This document shows positions 30,403-39,551 of a stretch of DNA of 64,000 bases, one piece after another. Numbering within the stretch: position 1 is the first letter of the stretch; each line of letters starts with the position of its first letter. The translations under genes were made by a program, and so were the position numbers. The DNA comes from an uncultured Gemmatimonadales bacterium (GTDB lineage: Bacteria > Gemmatimonadota > Gemmatimonadetes > Gemmatimonadales > Gemmatimonadaceae), in the NCBI GenBank assembly GCA_963851265.1, contig CAWKNZ010000007.1, positions 448,001 through 512,000 of the forward strand, read 5' to 3'. The notes under the pieces were generated by a model. That model was not told the origin of the DNA and searched no databases. It was given only the letters and a program-made list of their open reading frames with translations.

Positions 30403-31350
30403 TCAGTAGATGTAGACCGGCGTGCCGACCGGGACATGCTGGTACAGCCACTCGATGTCTTCGTCGTAGAGCCGGATGCAGCCGTGCGTGGCCGCGTCGC
30501 CGATCGTGTCTTCGTGCGGGGTGCCGTGGAAGTAGTATCCGTCACCGAGCGCGAGGCGGAAGCGACCGAGCTCGCCGTCGATCGTCCGATTGGCCGTGCC
30601 CGCGGGGGGGATGTAGAGCGTGTTGTTGAAGATGATCTCCTCGTCGACCGGCAGCTCCTCGAACTTGCCGTTCTCGATCACGCCGGCCTTGCCGCCGCGG
30701 ACCGTGAGGAGGCGCCCCTTGCCGATCGGCATCGCCCCGCGTTCGGGCATGTGGGCGAGCTTGAGGCCCATGTTCTTCGCCGTCTCGGCGTAGTGCCACT
30801 CCGGCGGCACCCAGACCGGGTTCTCCTGCTTGCCGAGCACCGTGCGGCGGCCGCGCGGGGTCTGGAAGGTCCACGACTTCGCCCCGAAGGTGATCGTGGT
30901 GTCCATCCCGGTCGCGATCGCGGCAACGAGCAGCGTGTCGTCGCCGTCGAGCACGTGCAGCACGCGGTCTTCGAGCGAGACGGCGACGCGCATGCCGCTG
31001 TGGGTGCGGGCGAGCGCGCGCTCGGCGAGAACGCCGGCGACGCTGTCGCCCCGGGAGCGGTAATGCGTGACGCGGCGCTCGGAGGCCGGGACGACGACTT
31101 CGCCGGCCGCCATGCCGTCTATCGCGATCGCAGAGTCACGCGGGTCGTCCTGCGTGGCGGCCGTGCTGGCGACGACCGGGCCGCGGGCGGCGCGGGTCGG
31201 AGCGGGCACCGTCGGACGCGACGCGCGCTGCGCGTCGGCGACCCGCGCGCCCGACAACGTCAGGGCGAGCGTGGCGAGGGCGACCGTGGTGCGGCGGAAC
31301 GTAGACACGGACGAGGTCACGCGAAGCGGGAAGCGGGAAACGATGTCCAT
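30403..31350 (-). CDS. L,D-transpeptidase (YkuD domain), exported
   Basis: TPRG, NPVWVPP, FHGT-ATHGCIRL, VPVGTPVYIY. Confidence 0.9.
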   Translation of the reverse strand: MDIVSRFPLRVTSSVSTFRRTTVALATLALTLSGARVADAQRASRPTVPAPTRAARGPVVASTAATQDDPRDSAIAIDGMAAGEVVVPASERRVTHYRSRGDSVAGVLAERALARTHSGMRVAVSLEDRVLHVLDGDDTLLVAAIATGMDTTITFGAKSWTFQTPRGRRTVLGKQENPVWVPPEWHYAETAKNMGLKLAHMPERGAMPIGKGRLLTVRGGKAGVIENGKFEELPVDEEIIFNNTLYIPPAGTANRTIDGELGRFRLALGDGYYFHGTPHEDTIGDAATHGCIRLYDEDIEWLYQHVPVGTPVYIY

Positions 31351-31582
31351 CTGGTGCTGCCTCATACTGACAGTGAACGACGAAAGTTGCGCTGAAGCCA
31401 TAGCGGCACCCACGCCGCAAGGGGATGCCGGTCACACCGGCACCCCCTCGTCGTGCAACTGGCGGTCCACATGTTAAAGGGCTGTTTGCACCCGCGCCAC
31501 ATGCGGCGCGCGCGCCACAGCCTTCGCGACCAGCGTGCCGTGACAGAATCCCAGGGCGCCAAACGACTGGCGCCCCGACCGT

Positions 31583-31876
31583 TCACCCGTGCGCGATGCC
31601 GTATCCGGCAGCGGCGAGGAGGAGCGCGCCGAGCGCCCCGACGACCGTGAAGCCCGCGCCGCGGCGCGGCTCGAGCGGCCGCTCGTTCCATTCGGCGCCG
31701 ACGCGCCATTCGCGACGACCGCGCCAGGCGCCGAGGGCGAGCATGACGAGCGCGAAGGCGACTCGGCGCGCGACGCCGGTGCCGGCGCCGTACGGCGCGA
31801 GCACGTGTCCCGCGAGCATCCCGCCGCCAGCGACGGCGAGCGCGGTCGTGAGATGGGCGACGGTGGGCGCCGTCAC
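31583..31876 (-). CDS. Small membrane protein
   Basis: Three hydrophobic segments. Confidence 0.5.
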   Translation of the reverse strand: MTAPTVAHLTTALAVAGGGMLAGHVLAPYGAGTGVARRVAFALVMLALGAWRGRREWRVGAEWNERPLEPRRGAGFTVVGALGALLLAAAGYGIAHG

Positions 31877-31928
31877 CGAGGCGGCCTGCTCACGACGCCG
31901 GCGCGCGCAGCCATCTCAGCACCTCGCC

Positions 31929-32450
31929 TCAGTGCGCGGCGAAGCGCGTGGTCGCACCGCCGGTCGCGAAGGCGAGCACCGTGTAACGCTCCGCCCGGTC
32001 GGCGTCCATCCCCGGCGAGCCGGCCGGCATGCCCGGCACCGCGAGCCCGCGTGCCGGGCGCCCGGCGATCGTGGGCGGTTCGCGGAGCAGTCGGCGCACG
32101 TCGGCGGCAGGAACGTGGCCCTCGATCACGTAATCACCGATGACGGCGGTGTGACACGCGCGGAGGCTCGCCGGCACGCCGTAGCGCTGCTTGACGGCGT
32201 CCATGTCGGCCACGTCCTGCACGGCGGGGCGAAAACCCGCACCGGCCATGTGCGCCACCCACTGTTGGCAGCAGCCGCAGAGCGGATCCTTGAACACGGT
32301 GATGGGCGTGCCCGCGGGTGCGCTGCCCGACCTCGCGGCGCCCGACGACGCGGACGCGACCCTCGGCAGCACGACGGCGGAAAGGGCGGCGCCGGCGGCG
32401 GCGAGCCACGCGCGGCGCGTGACGGCGGCGGATTGGGACGGGTTGGTCAT
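31929..32450 (-). CDS. DUF411 (CopG-like) metal-binding protein with Tat signal
   Basis: TRRAWL, CGCC-W, ACHTA, IEGHVPA, GLAVPGMPAGSPGM. Confidence 0.9.
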   Translation of the reverse strand: MTNPSQSAAVTRRAWLAAAGAALSAVVLPRVASASSGAARSGSAPAGTPITVFKDPLCGCCQQWVAHMAGAGFRPAVQDVADMDAVKQRYGVPASLRACHTAVIGDYVIEGHVPAADVRRLLREPPTIAGRPARGLAVPGMPAGSPGMDADRAERYTVLAFATGGATTRFAAH

Positions 32451-33289
32451 GAGCCGGACGGTGTGCGAACGCCCGCCGCGCGCGCAAGGGTGTCGCGTTC
32501 GCCCGCCGTGAGCGGGCGCAGCGATCCGCTGGGCAGCCGGCCAAGCTCGAGCGGGCCGATGGCAACGCGAATGAGACGCCGGACCTCGACGTCGGCCGCC
32601 GCGAGCATGCGACGGATGTGCCGGTTGCGCCCCTCGTGCAACACGAGCTCGAGCCAGCCACTGCGCTCGGACGCGCGCAGCACATGGGCCTGCGCCGCCG
32701 CGAGTCGCTCGCCTTCCGGCGTGTCGAGGCCGGCGATCAGCCGGGCAAGCAGCGTCTCGTCGGGACGCACGTCGACCTGCACGTGGTACGTCTTCGGAAC
32801 GTGTGACGCGGGTGCGAGCAGCGCCTCGGCCCACCGGGTGTCGTTGGTGAACAGCAACAGCCCCTCGCTCGCGCGGTCGAGGCGGCCCACCGGCGAGACG
32901 TACTCGGCGAGGTCGGCCGGGAGCAGCGAGTAGACGCTCGACGCGCCGCGCTCGTCGGCGCGCGAGACGACGACGCCGCGCGGTTTATGCAGTGCGTAGT
33001 AGCGGCGCGGTGCAGGGCGGACGCGCTCGCCGTCGAGCGCGAGCACGTCGCGTCGCGGGTCGATGCGGAGCGTCGCGTCGTGCACCACCCGGCCGTTCAC
33101 GCGCACCCGCCCCTCGGCCACCCAGCGCTCGCCGTCGCGCCGCGATCCCGCGCCGAATTTGGAGAGGGCGCGCGCGACTGCCACGCGGTCGCCGTCGCCG
33201 CCGGCACGCGAGCGCCGATATCTTTGGTCATTCGCGCCCGCCCGCGCCCGCCCGCGCGGCGCGTCGTCGTCCTGACTGCGATGCGTCAT
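32447..33289 (-). CDS. rRNA pseudouridine synthase (RsuA/RluB family)
   Basis: S4 domain, HKPRG, VGRLD, GLLLFTND, EGRNRHIRRM. Confidence 0.92.
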   Translation of the reverse strand: MTHRSQDDDAPRGRARAGANDQRYRRSRAGGDGDRVAVARALSKFGAGSRRDGERWVAEGRVRVNGRVVHDATLRIDPRRDVLALDGERVRPAPRRYYALHKPRGVVVSRADERGASSVYSLLPADLAEYVSPVGRLDRASEGLLLFTNDTRWAEALLAPASHVPKTYHVQVDVRPDETLLARLIAGLDTPEGERLAAAQAHVLRASERSGWLELVLHEGRNRHIRRMLAAADVEVRRLIRVAIGPLELGRLPSGSLRPLTAGERDTLARAAGVRTPSGS

Positions 33290-33766
33290 TCCCCGTCCGA
33301 TCCCCCACACCCGGTACCGCCGGCCCCCGTGCCACTCGCCGCGGTCGACACGCAACGCGCGAGTGCCCTGCTCGAGGCGGCGGACGCGATGTCGCTTGAC
33401 GAACTCGACGCCCTGCCGTACGGGATGATCCAGCTCGACGCGGCCGGACGGATTCTCAAATACAACGCCGTCGAGTCGCGGCTCGCCTCGCTGTCACAGG
33501 CGTCCGCCCTCGGCAAGCAGTTCTTCACCGAGATCGCGCCCTGCACCAAGGTGCAGCAGTTCTACGGGCGCTTCAAGGACGGCGTCGTACGGGAGTCGCT
33601 CGACACGTCGTTCCAGTTCCATTTCGCGTTCAAGCAGGCGCCGCGCGACGTGACCGTGCGGCTGTTCTACTCGCGGCGGACGCGGAGCGTCTGGGTCATG
33701 ATCTCGGACCACCAGAGCGTGCGCGGGACACCAGAGGCGGGGCAGCCGGCGGTCGCCGCGGGGTGA
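33281..33766 (+). CDS. pyp: Photoactive yellow protein homologue (start uncertain)
   Basis: LDALPYGMIQLD-G-ILKYNAVE, GKQFFTEIAPCT, FYGRFKDGV, WV: PYP Y42, E46 and C69 equivalents present. Confidence 0.85.
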   Translation: MRHSPSDPPHPVPPAPVPLAAVDTQRASALLEAADAMSLDELDALPYGMIQLDAAGRILKYNAVESRLASLSQASALGKQFFTEIAPCTKVQQFYGRFKDGVVRESLDTSFQFHFAFKQAPRDVTVRLFYSRRTRSVWVMISDHQSVRGTPEAGQPAVAAG

Positions 33767-33803
33767 CGCGCCGGCGCAGATGCGCCGTGAGAGCGATTGC
33801 GGG

Positions 33804-34916
33804 TCACCAGGGCTGCACGGCGTCGGCGACGCGGCCGGTCGCGACGAGGTCGCGCAATTCGTCGCCCAGCGCGGCGCTCGCATCCACGACCCGCTGCCAG
33901 CGCTCGACCCGCTCGGCCTGCGTCACGTCGTAGAAGTCGTTGCGGTCGGGGATCTTGCCCCCGGGCAGGGACGCCACGAACGCGTCCGACGGGGCGATGA
34001 GGACCGCGCGGCGGAAGTTCGCGCTGGCACCGGCGCTCGTCACACGCCGCCAGCCGAGCCGTTGGTCGAACCAGCCCGGGATCACGTGGGCGTAGAAGTG
34101 CGGGTACAGCACCAGGCGGCCTCCCCCGGCCGCCGCGGGCCCGAAGTCGAGGTCCGGGTGGTAGTCGAGTACGCCTCCGTCCCAGAACGTGCCGGGAAGC
34201 GGGCGACCATCCGCGGCGGGGATGCGCACGCCCTCCATGAGCAGCGGGATGGAGCCCGACGCTTCGAGTGCGGCGCGCAGGTTCTCGGGCGTGAGCGCGT
34301 GGTGCTCGGTGGGGAGGTCGGCGAGAGCGGCGAACGGCGTCGCGTCGCCCGCCGAGTGGAAGATCGCGCGGCGGAACTGGAGGGCGAGCGAGCGGCGGGT
34401 GACGACGTTGGCGGCGGCCGCGATCCCGAAACCGGCCAGCAAGGCGCCGCGCCGCGCGGCGGCGGCGGGGCCCCGCGCGCGCGTGGTCAGCACGTGCAGG
34501 CGCGCCCACGGGTGCGAGAGGACGTCGCCGACTCCCGTCGCGCCTAACAGGCGGTCGAGCGCGGCGCCGAGCACGCCCGAGACCTCGCGCGGGGTCGGGC
34601 GGAGCGACGAATAGCGCTGCTCGTGCACGTAGTAGCGGTGCGCGCGGTCGAGCGCCGCGACGGGGTCGCGCTGCGCGAGACACGCCATCCGCCACGACCC
34701 GATGGACGAGCCGATCAGGTGCATCGGGCGAGTGCGGGGCGCCCGCAGGAACTCGCCGAACAGGTAGCGGTCGAGGCCCGCGAGCACGAGCCACTTCGCG
34801 CCGCCGGAGGCGGCCGGAATGACGTCGACGTCTTCGGCCCGCAGGCCGCGCTCGCGGACCACGGCGAGCGCCTCGGGACCGGCGCGGAGCGTGAGGGCGG
34901 ATGGCACGCGATACAA
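33804..34916 (-). CDS. Patatin-like phospholipase
   Basis: ASGGAKW, GSSIG, ASGSIP, DGG. Confidence 0.85.
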   Translation of the reverse strand: MYRVPSALTLRAGPEALAVVRERGLRAEDVDVIPAASGGAKWLVLAGLDRYLFGEFLRAPRTRPMHLIGSSIGSWRMACLAQRDPVAALDRAHRYYVHEQRYSSLRPTPREVSGVLGAALDRLLGATGVGDVLSHPWARLHVLTTRARGPAAAARRGALLAGFGIAAAANVVTRRSLALQFRRAIFHSAGDATPFAALADLPTEHHALTPENLRAALEASGSIPLLMEGVRIPAADGRPLPGTFWDGGVLDYHPDLDFGPAAAGGGRLVLYPHFYAHVIPGWFDQRLGWRRVTSAGASANFRRAVLIAPSDAFVASLPGGKIPDRNDFYDVTQAERVERWQRVVDASAALGDELRDLVATGRVADAVQPW

Positions 34917-35024
34917 TCTGTGGCCGCGGCGTGGGAGACGCGCGGGTCCGGCCGGCGCACGTTGCGCGCCGTCACCCGGTCGCGCCGATCCCCGCGGATG
35001 CCTAACGCGCGTGCGGGTTCGGCA

Positions 35025-36266
35025 TCACGCCGCGCTCGGCGCGCGGTCGACCGCGCCGGCGCCGAGCGCGATGAGGAGGGCGAACGCCGCCACGATGCCG
35101 AGCGCGAGCGGCAGGCTCCCGACGAGCTGCGACACGCCGCCGATGACCGGCGGGCCGATGACGAAGCCGGTGTACCCGAGCGTGGAAACGGCGGCGATGC
35201 CGGCGGGGCCGGCGCGGCGCCCACTCGCGCTGAAGAGGATGGGGACGAGATTCGCGTAGCCGAACCCGACGGCCGCGAATCCGAGCACGGCGAGGGCGTA
35301 CGGCGAGACGAGGGCGACGGTGAGGCCGGCGGCGGCGAGGAGCCCGCTGACGCGGAGGGTGCGGGCTCGGCCCACGGCCGCGATCACGGCGTCACCGGAG
35401 AAGCGGCCGACGGTCATCGCGATCGAGAACGCCGCGTAGCCGAGCGCGGCGGCGTCGGGCGTCGCGCGCGTGGTGCGTTCGAGCAGGAGCGCGCTCCAGT
35501 CACTCATCGCGCCCTCGCCGAACAGTCCGCAGAACCCGAGGGCCCCGAGGGCGAGCAAGGTCCCGTCACGCGTGAGCGCGGCGACGAACGACTGGCGCGG
35601 CGCGTCGGGCGCGTGCTCGGGTCGCGCGGGGGCGCCCGGCGCGTCGCCCGGCGCGTCCCGAAGCAGGGCGCGGCTGGCCACGATCGAGATCAGTGCGGCG
35701 CCAACGCCCGTGACCGAGAGCGTCACGCGCGCGCCGAGTCCGAGCCGGAGCAGAAGGGCGGCGGTGGCGGCGCCGAGGAACCCGCCGAGGCTGAAGCAGC
35801 CGTGGAAGGACGACATCCGCGGGCGCCCGTCGCGCGCCTCGAGGAGCGTCGCCTGCGAGTTCATGGGCACCTCGGTCGCGCCGCGGACGAAGCCGAACAG
35901 CGCGGTACACGCGACGAGGTACGCGAGCGACGGCGCGAAGGCCGGGAGCGCGAGCGACAGGCAGCCGAGCACCGAGGCGACGCGCGTGATGGGGCGGGTG
36001 CCGATGCGTGCCGAGAGCGCGCCCGCGAGCGGCTGGGCGATGAACGCGCCGCAGACGACGCCGGCGAGCGCGGACGCGAACGCGAAGTCCGACAGACGCA
36101 GGCCGGTCTTGATGAGCGGCAGGTGGGCGACCCAGACCCCGAACGTGAGGCCGTCGAGCAGGAAGATGATCGCGATCGCGGCGCGTGCCGCGTCCCAGTC
36201 GGCGAAGACGCGTCGCGGCGCGCGCGGCCAGGCGGATGGTGTGGCGAGTTCGGTCGGAACGGTCAT
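35025..36266 (-). CDS. MFS transporter
   Basis: About 12 hydrophobic segments; MSSFHG, EGAMSDWS, MTVGRFSGD, GPPVIG. Confidence 0.92.
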   Translation of the reverse strand: MTVPTELATPSAWPRAPRRVFADWDAARAAIAIIFLLDGLTFGVWVAHLPLIKTGLRLSDFAFASALAGVVCGAFIAQPLAGALSARIGTRPITRVASVLGCLSLALPAFAPSLAYLVACTALFGFVRGATEVPMNSQATLLEARDGRPRMSSFHGCFSLGGFLGAATAALLLRLGLGARVTLSVTGVGAALISIVASRALLRDAPGDAPGAPARPEHAPDAPRQSFVAALTRDGTLLALGALGFCGLFGEGAMSDWSALLLERTTRATPDAAALGYAAFSIAMTVGRFSGDAVIAAVGRARTLRVSGLLAAAGLTVALVSPYALAVLGFAAVGFGYANLVPILFSASGRRAGPAGIAAVSTLGYTGFVIGPPVIGGVSQLVGSLPLALGIVAAFALLIALGAGAVDRAPSAA

Positions 36267-36275
36267 GGCGCCTCA

Positions 36276-36321
36276 CTTGATCGGTCAAGAAAGGCTACGC
36301 TGGGCCGCTTGATCGGTCAAG
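36276..36321. promoter_or_regulatory. Two identical near-palindromic LacI-type operators
   Basis: CTTGATCGGTCAAG at 36276-36289 and 36308-36321, between divergent MFS and LacI genes. Confidence 0.75.
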
Positions 36322-36342
36322 AGCAGTGCGGTAGCGTCCGGT

Positions 36343-37476
36343 ATGGATCATGTCACGGGCATCACGAGGACCGGCGACGTCGGGATCTCGGGGCGCGCGA
36401 CGCTGCGCGATGTCGCGCGCGCGGCGGGGGTGTCGCACACGACGGTGTCCAACGCGTTCGCCCGGCCCGACCAGCTGTCGGGGCCGCTGCGGGCGCACGT
36501 GCTCGCGACCGCGCGAGCACTCGGCTACGCGGGGCCGAGCCCGGCGGCGCGGTCGCTGAGGACGGGACGGCACGGGGCGCTCGGGCTCGTGTTCAGCGAG
36601 GATCTGCCCTACGCGTTCTCCGACCCGACGGCGACGCTGTTCCTGCAGGGCGTGGCGGAGGCGTGCCGTGAGCGCGCCGCGAACCTGCTGCTGATCGCGA
36701 CGCGGACGGGCGAGGACGCCGGCGACGACGATCCGACGCTCGGGGGGTCGCCGGCGCTTCGCGACGCGGCCGTCGACGGCGTCATCGTCTACTCGATCGC
36801 CAGCGACAGTCCCACGCTCGCACCGATCGCGGCGCGGCGGCTGCCACTCGTGGTGGTCGACCAGCCGCGGCTGGCGGGCGTCGCCTTCGTCGGGATCGAC
36901 GACGAGGGCGCGGCGCGCGGGGCGGCGGAGCACCTGCTGGGTCTGGGGCACCACCGGTTCATGATCGTCTCGCTCAAGCTGTGCCCCGACGGTCGCGAGG
37001 GGATCGCCGCGGCGGCTCGCACGGCGGGGGCGACGTACGAGGTGGCCGCGGCGCGGCTGGCGGGATACCGGGCGGCGCTCGCGGGTGCGGGGCTCGACCC
37101 AGCGGCCGCCCCCGTGATCGAGGTGGCGCGCAACGACGAGCGTCGCGCGCGCGAGCTCGTCGCGCCCGTGCTCGCGGAGTTCCGGCCGACGGCCGTGCTC
37201 GCGATGAGCGACCGCCTCGCGCTCGGCGCGGTGGCGGCGGCGCGCGCCGCCGGGCTCGCGGTCCCCGACGACGTGTCGGTGGTCGGGTTCGACGACGTCC
37301 CGGTGGACGGAGCGGGCGACGCGCTGCCGCTGACGACCGTGCGGCAACCGCACGCGGGTAAGGGGCGCGCCGCGGTCGAACGGCTCGGCGCGGGGGTGAC
37401 GGGCGGGGCCCGCGTGCTGGCGACCGAGCTCGTCGTGCGGGCGTCGTCGGGACCCGCGCCGGCCGCGCGCCGTTAG
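36343..37476 (+). CDS. LacI family transcriptional regulator
   Basis: TLRDVARAAGVSHTTVS, ARSLR, VPDDVSVVGFDD, LTTVRQP. Confidence 0.93.
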   Translation: MDHVTGITRTGDVGISGRATLRDVARAAGVSHTTVSNAFARPDQLSGPLRAHVLATARALGYAGPSPAARSLRTGRHGALGLVFSEDLPYAFSDPTATLFLQGVAEACRERAANLLLIATRTGEDAGDDDPTLGGSPALRDAAVDGVIVYSIASDSPTLAPIAARRLPLVVVDQPRLAGVAFVGIDDEGAARGAAEHLLGLGHHRFMIVSLKLCPDGREGIAAAARTAGATYEVAAARLAGYRAALAGAGLDPAAAPVIEVARNDERRARELVAPVLAEFRPTAVLAMSDRLALGAVAAARAAGLAVPDDVSVVGFDDVPVDGAGDALPLTTVRQPHAGKGRAAVERLGAGVTGGARVLATELVVRASSGPAPAARR

Positions 37477-37520
37477 GCGGCGAACCTCCACTCGCGCGCC
37501 CGGCGCGCGTCAGGCGCGAC

Positions 37521-38048
37521 TCACGGGGTGGGCGGACGCCGGTAGATCGTGACGGTGGTGTCGCCGAGGGCGAGGCGGTCATCGCCGGCGGGCAGCGGGT
37601 GCGTGCGCGCGTGCTCCGCGGCGAGCACGCGCGCGAAGCCGGTGGCGCGCCAGGCGTCGAGGACGCGGTCGAGCATGCGCGACTCGTAAGGCGGGTCGAC
37701 GAAGGCGACGTCGTAGGCGCCGGCGTCGAGCGCCGCGGCGAACGGGAGCGCGTCGCGTTTGAAGATGCGCGCGCGGTCGCGCAACCGGAGCGCGGCCACG
37801 TTCGCGCGCAGGGCGTGGAGGCTCGCGGGGCGGAACTCGACGAAGTCGGCGCGCGCCGCGCCGCGCGACAGCGCCTCGAGGCCGAGCGCGCCGGTGCCGG
37901 CGAAGAGGTCGAGCACGCGCGCCCCGGGGAGGTCGGGGGCGAGCCGGTCGAGGAGCGCCGCGCGGACGTGCTCCGCGGTGGGCCGCACGCGGAAGTCGTT
38001 GGGCGAGGTGAGGTCGCGGCCGGCATACTTGCCGGCGACGATCCTCAT
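37521..38048 (-). CDS. rsmD: 16S rRNA m2G966 methyltransferase
   Basis: MRIVAGK, RPT, LDLFAGTGALGLEALSRGA, DPPY. Confidence 0.9.
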   Translation of the reverse strand: MRIVAGKYAGRDLTSPNDFRVRPTAEHVRAALLDRLAPDLPGARVLDLFAGTGALGLEALSRGAARADFVEFRPASLHALRANVAALRLRDRARIFKRDALPFAAALDAGAYDVAFVDPPYESRMLDRVLDAWRATGFARVLAAEHARTHPLPAGDDRLALGDTTVTIYRRPPTP

Positions 38049-38135
38049 GGCGGGCTCATGGCGGGGGGAGGCGGCGCGTGCATGGCCACGCACGATGCAC
38101 GAGCACGGCCACCGCCTGTGGAGGTACGATTCGGC

Positions 38136-38249
38136 ATGCCGGTGCACGTCGGGACGTCGGGGTGGAGCTACGCCCACTCGACGGGCGTGGTGTACCCGGA
38201 GCGGCTTCCGCCGCGAGCCGGCGAGGGTGGCGCCGGGTGGAGAGCATGA
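38136..38249 (+). pseudogene. N-terminal remnant of a DUF72 (YecE-like) gene
   Basis: MPVHVGTSGWSYAHSTGVVYP matches the DUF72 start, then stops after 37 codons. Confidence 0.6.
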
Positions 38250-38332
38250 GTGGGCGAGCATCGATCGCATTCGTAGTTTGCGCCGATGTTGCCGTCCCGA
38301 AATCCTACGATAGCACACGCCCCAATTCGATC

Positions 38333-39172
38333 ATGCAACGCCGCCAGTTCCTTTCGACCAGTCTCGCGGGTGCCGCGCTGACCGCCGCCGGCGCGGTACC
38401 CGCCGCGGCGTCGCCGAGCGCCGCGATCATCGCGGGCGCACCGGGCGACCGCATGGTGTACGAGCTCCGGAATTACGAGCTGCGCAGCGACCTCGACGTC
38501 ACGCGGTCGCAGGACTTCTTCGCGCAGCACCTCGTGCCCGCGCTTCGGCGCGCCGGTGCCACGGCCGTCGGCGCCTTCGCGCCCGACTCGGGGTTGCCGC
38601 TGCCCGCGCTCGTGCTGCTGATCGCCTACCCATCGCTCGCTGCCGTCGACGCCGCGTCGCAGCGCATGGCTGCCGACTCCTCGCTGCGGGCGGCGATGGA
38701 CACGTGGGAGCGGGCCGGCGCGTCGGGCTCGGCCCACCCGGTCGGCCTGCCCTATGTGCGGTACGAGGTGTCGCTCTACCGCGCATTCCCGGGCCACGCC
38801 GCGCTCGAGGTGCCGCCCACGGCTGCCGGCCGAGCGCCGCGGCTGTTCGAGCTGCGCACCTACGAGGCGCCGTCGGACGAGGGGCTGCGCGCGAAGGTCG
38901 CGATGTTCGACGAGGCGGAGATCCGCATCTTCCGCGACAGCGGCTTCGCGCCGGTGATGTTCGGCACGGCGATCGCCGGCGCGCGGATGCCGCACCTGAC
39001 GTACATGGTGGGCTTCGACGACATGGCGGCGCGCGGCGCGGCGTGGGCACGCTTCGGGTCGAATCCTGACTGGCAGCGAATCCGCGTTCGGCCCGGGTGG
39101 ACGGACCCCGAGACGGTGTCGGTGATCCGGTCGGCGTTCCTGCGGCCGACGGCGTTCTCGGACATCCGGTAG
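38333..39172 (+). CDS. Tat-exported tandem NIPSNAP protein
   Basis: MQRRQFL; two (Y/F)ELRxY domains; FLRPTAFSDI. Confidence 0.88.
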   Translation: MQRRQFLSTSLAGAALTAAGAVPAAASPSAAIIAGAPGDRMVYELRNYELRSDLDVTRSQDFFAQHLVPALRRAGATAVGAFAPDSGLPLPALVLLIAYPSLAAVDAASQRMAADSSLRAAMDTWERAGASGSAHPVGLPYVRYEVSLYRAFPGHAALEVPPTAAGRAPRLFELRTYEAPSDEGLRAKVAMFDEAEIRIFRDSGFAPVMFGTAIAGARMPHLTYMVGFDDMAARGAAWARFGSNPDWQRIRVRPGWTDPETVSVIRSAFLRPTAFSDIR

Positions 39173-39227
39173 GCCGCCGGGCGGTCGGCGGCTCTACGTC
39201 CGACGGCGATCCGTTAGGCGCGGTGCG

Positions 39228-39551
39228 TCAGGCGGCGGCTGCGCGCAGGTCGCCGTCGCTCACCGCGTCGAGCGCCACCTGCCGCATGCCGACCTCGAGC
39301 CGGCCGCCGGTGAGGCCGCACGCCTCGCCGAGCCGCCGGACGTCGTCGAGCAGGCGGCGGAGGTCGGCGGGCGCGTCCGCCGCCGCGAGAACGACGACGA
39401 TCTCCGGCGGGCCGATGTACCGCTGCTCCTCGGCGGTGGCCGTCGCCGACGCCACGGCGGCGAGGTTGGCGAGTCGGTTCCCGACCTCGGCGGCGAGCGC
39501 GTGGGCGTCGGCCCCGTCGGGCACGGTGAAGTGCAGCGCGAGGTCAGGCAT
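39228..39551 (-). CDS. Small hypothetical protein coupled to CHAT protease
   Basis: ATGCCTGA overlap with the CHAT gene stop; 107 aa with natural composition. Confidence 0.6.
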   Translation of the reverse strand: MPDLALHFTVPDGADAHALAAEVGNRLANLAAVASATATAEEQRYIGPPEIVVVLAAADAPADLRRLLDDVRRLGEACGLTGGRLEVGMRQVALDAVSDGDLRAAAA

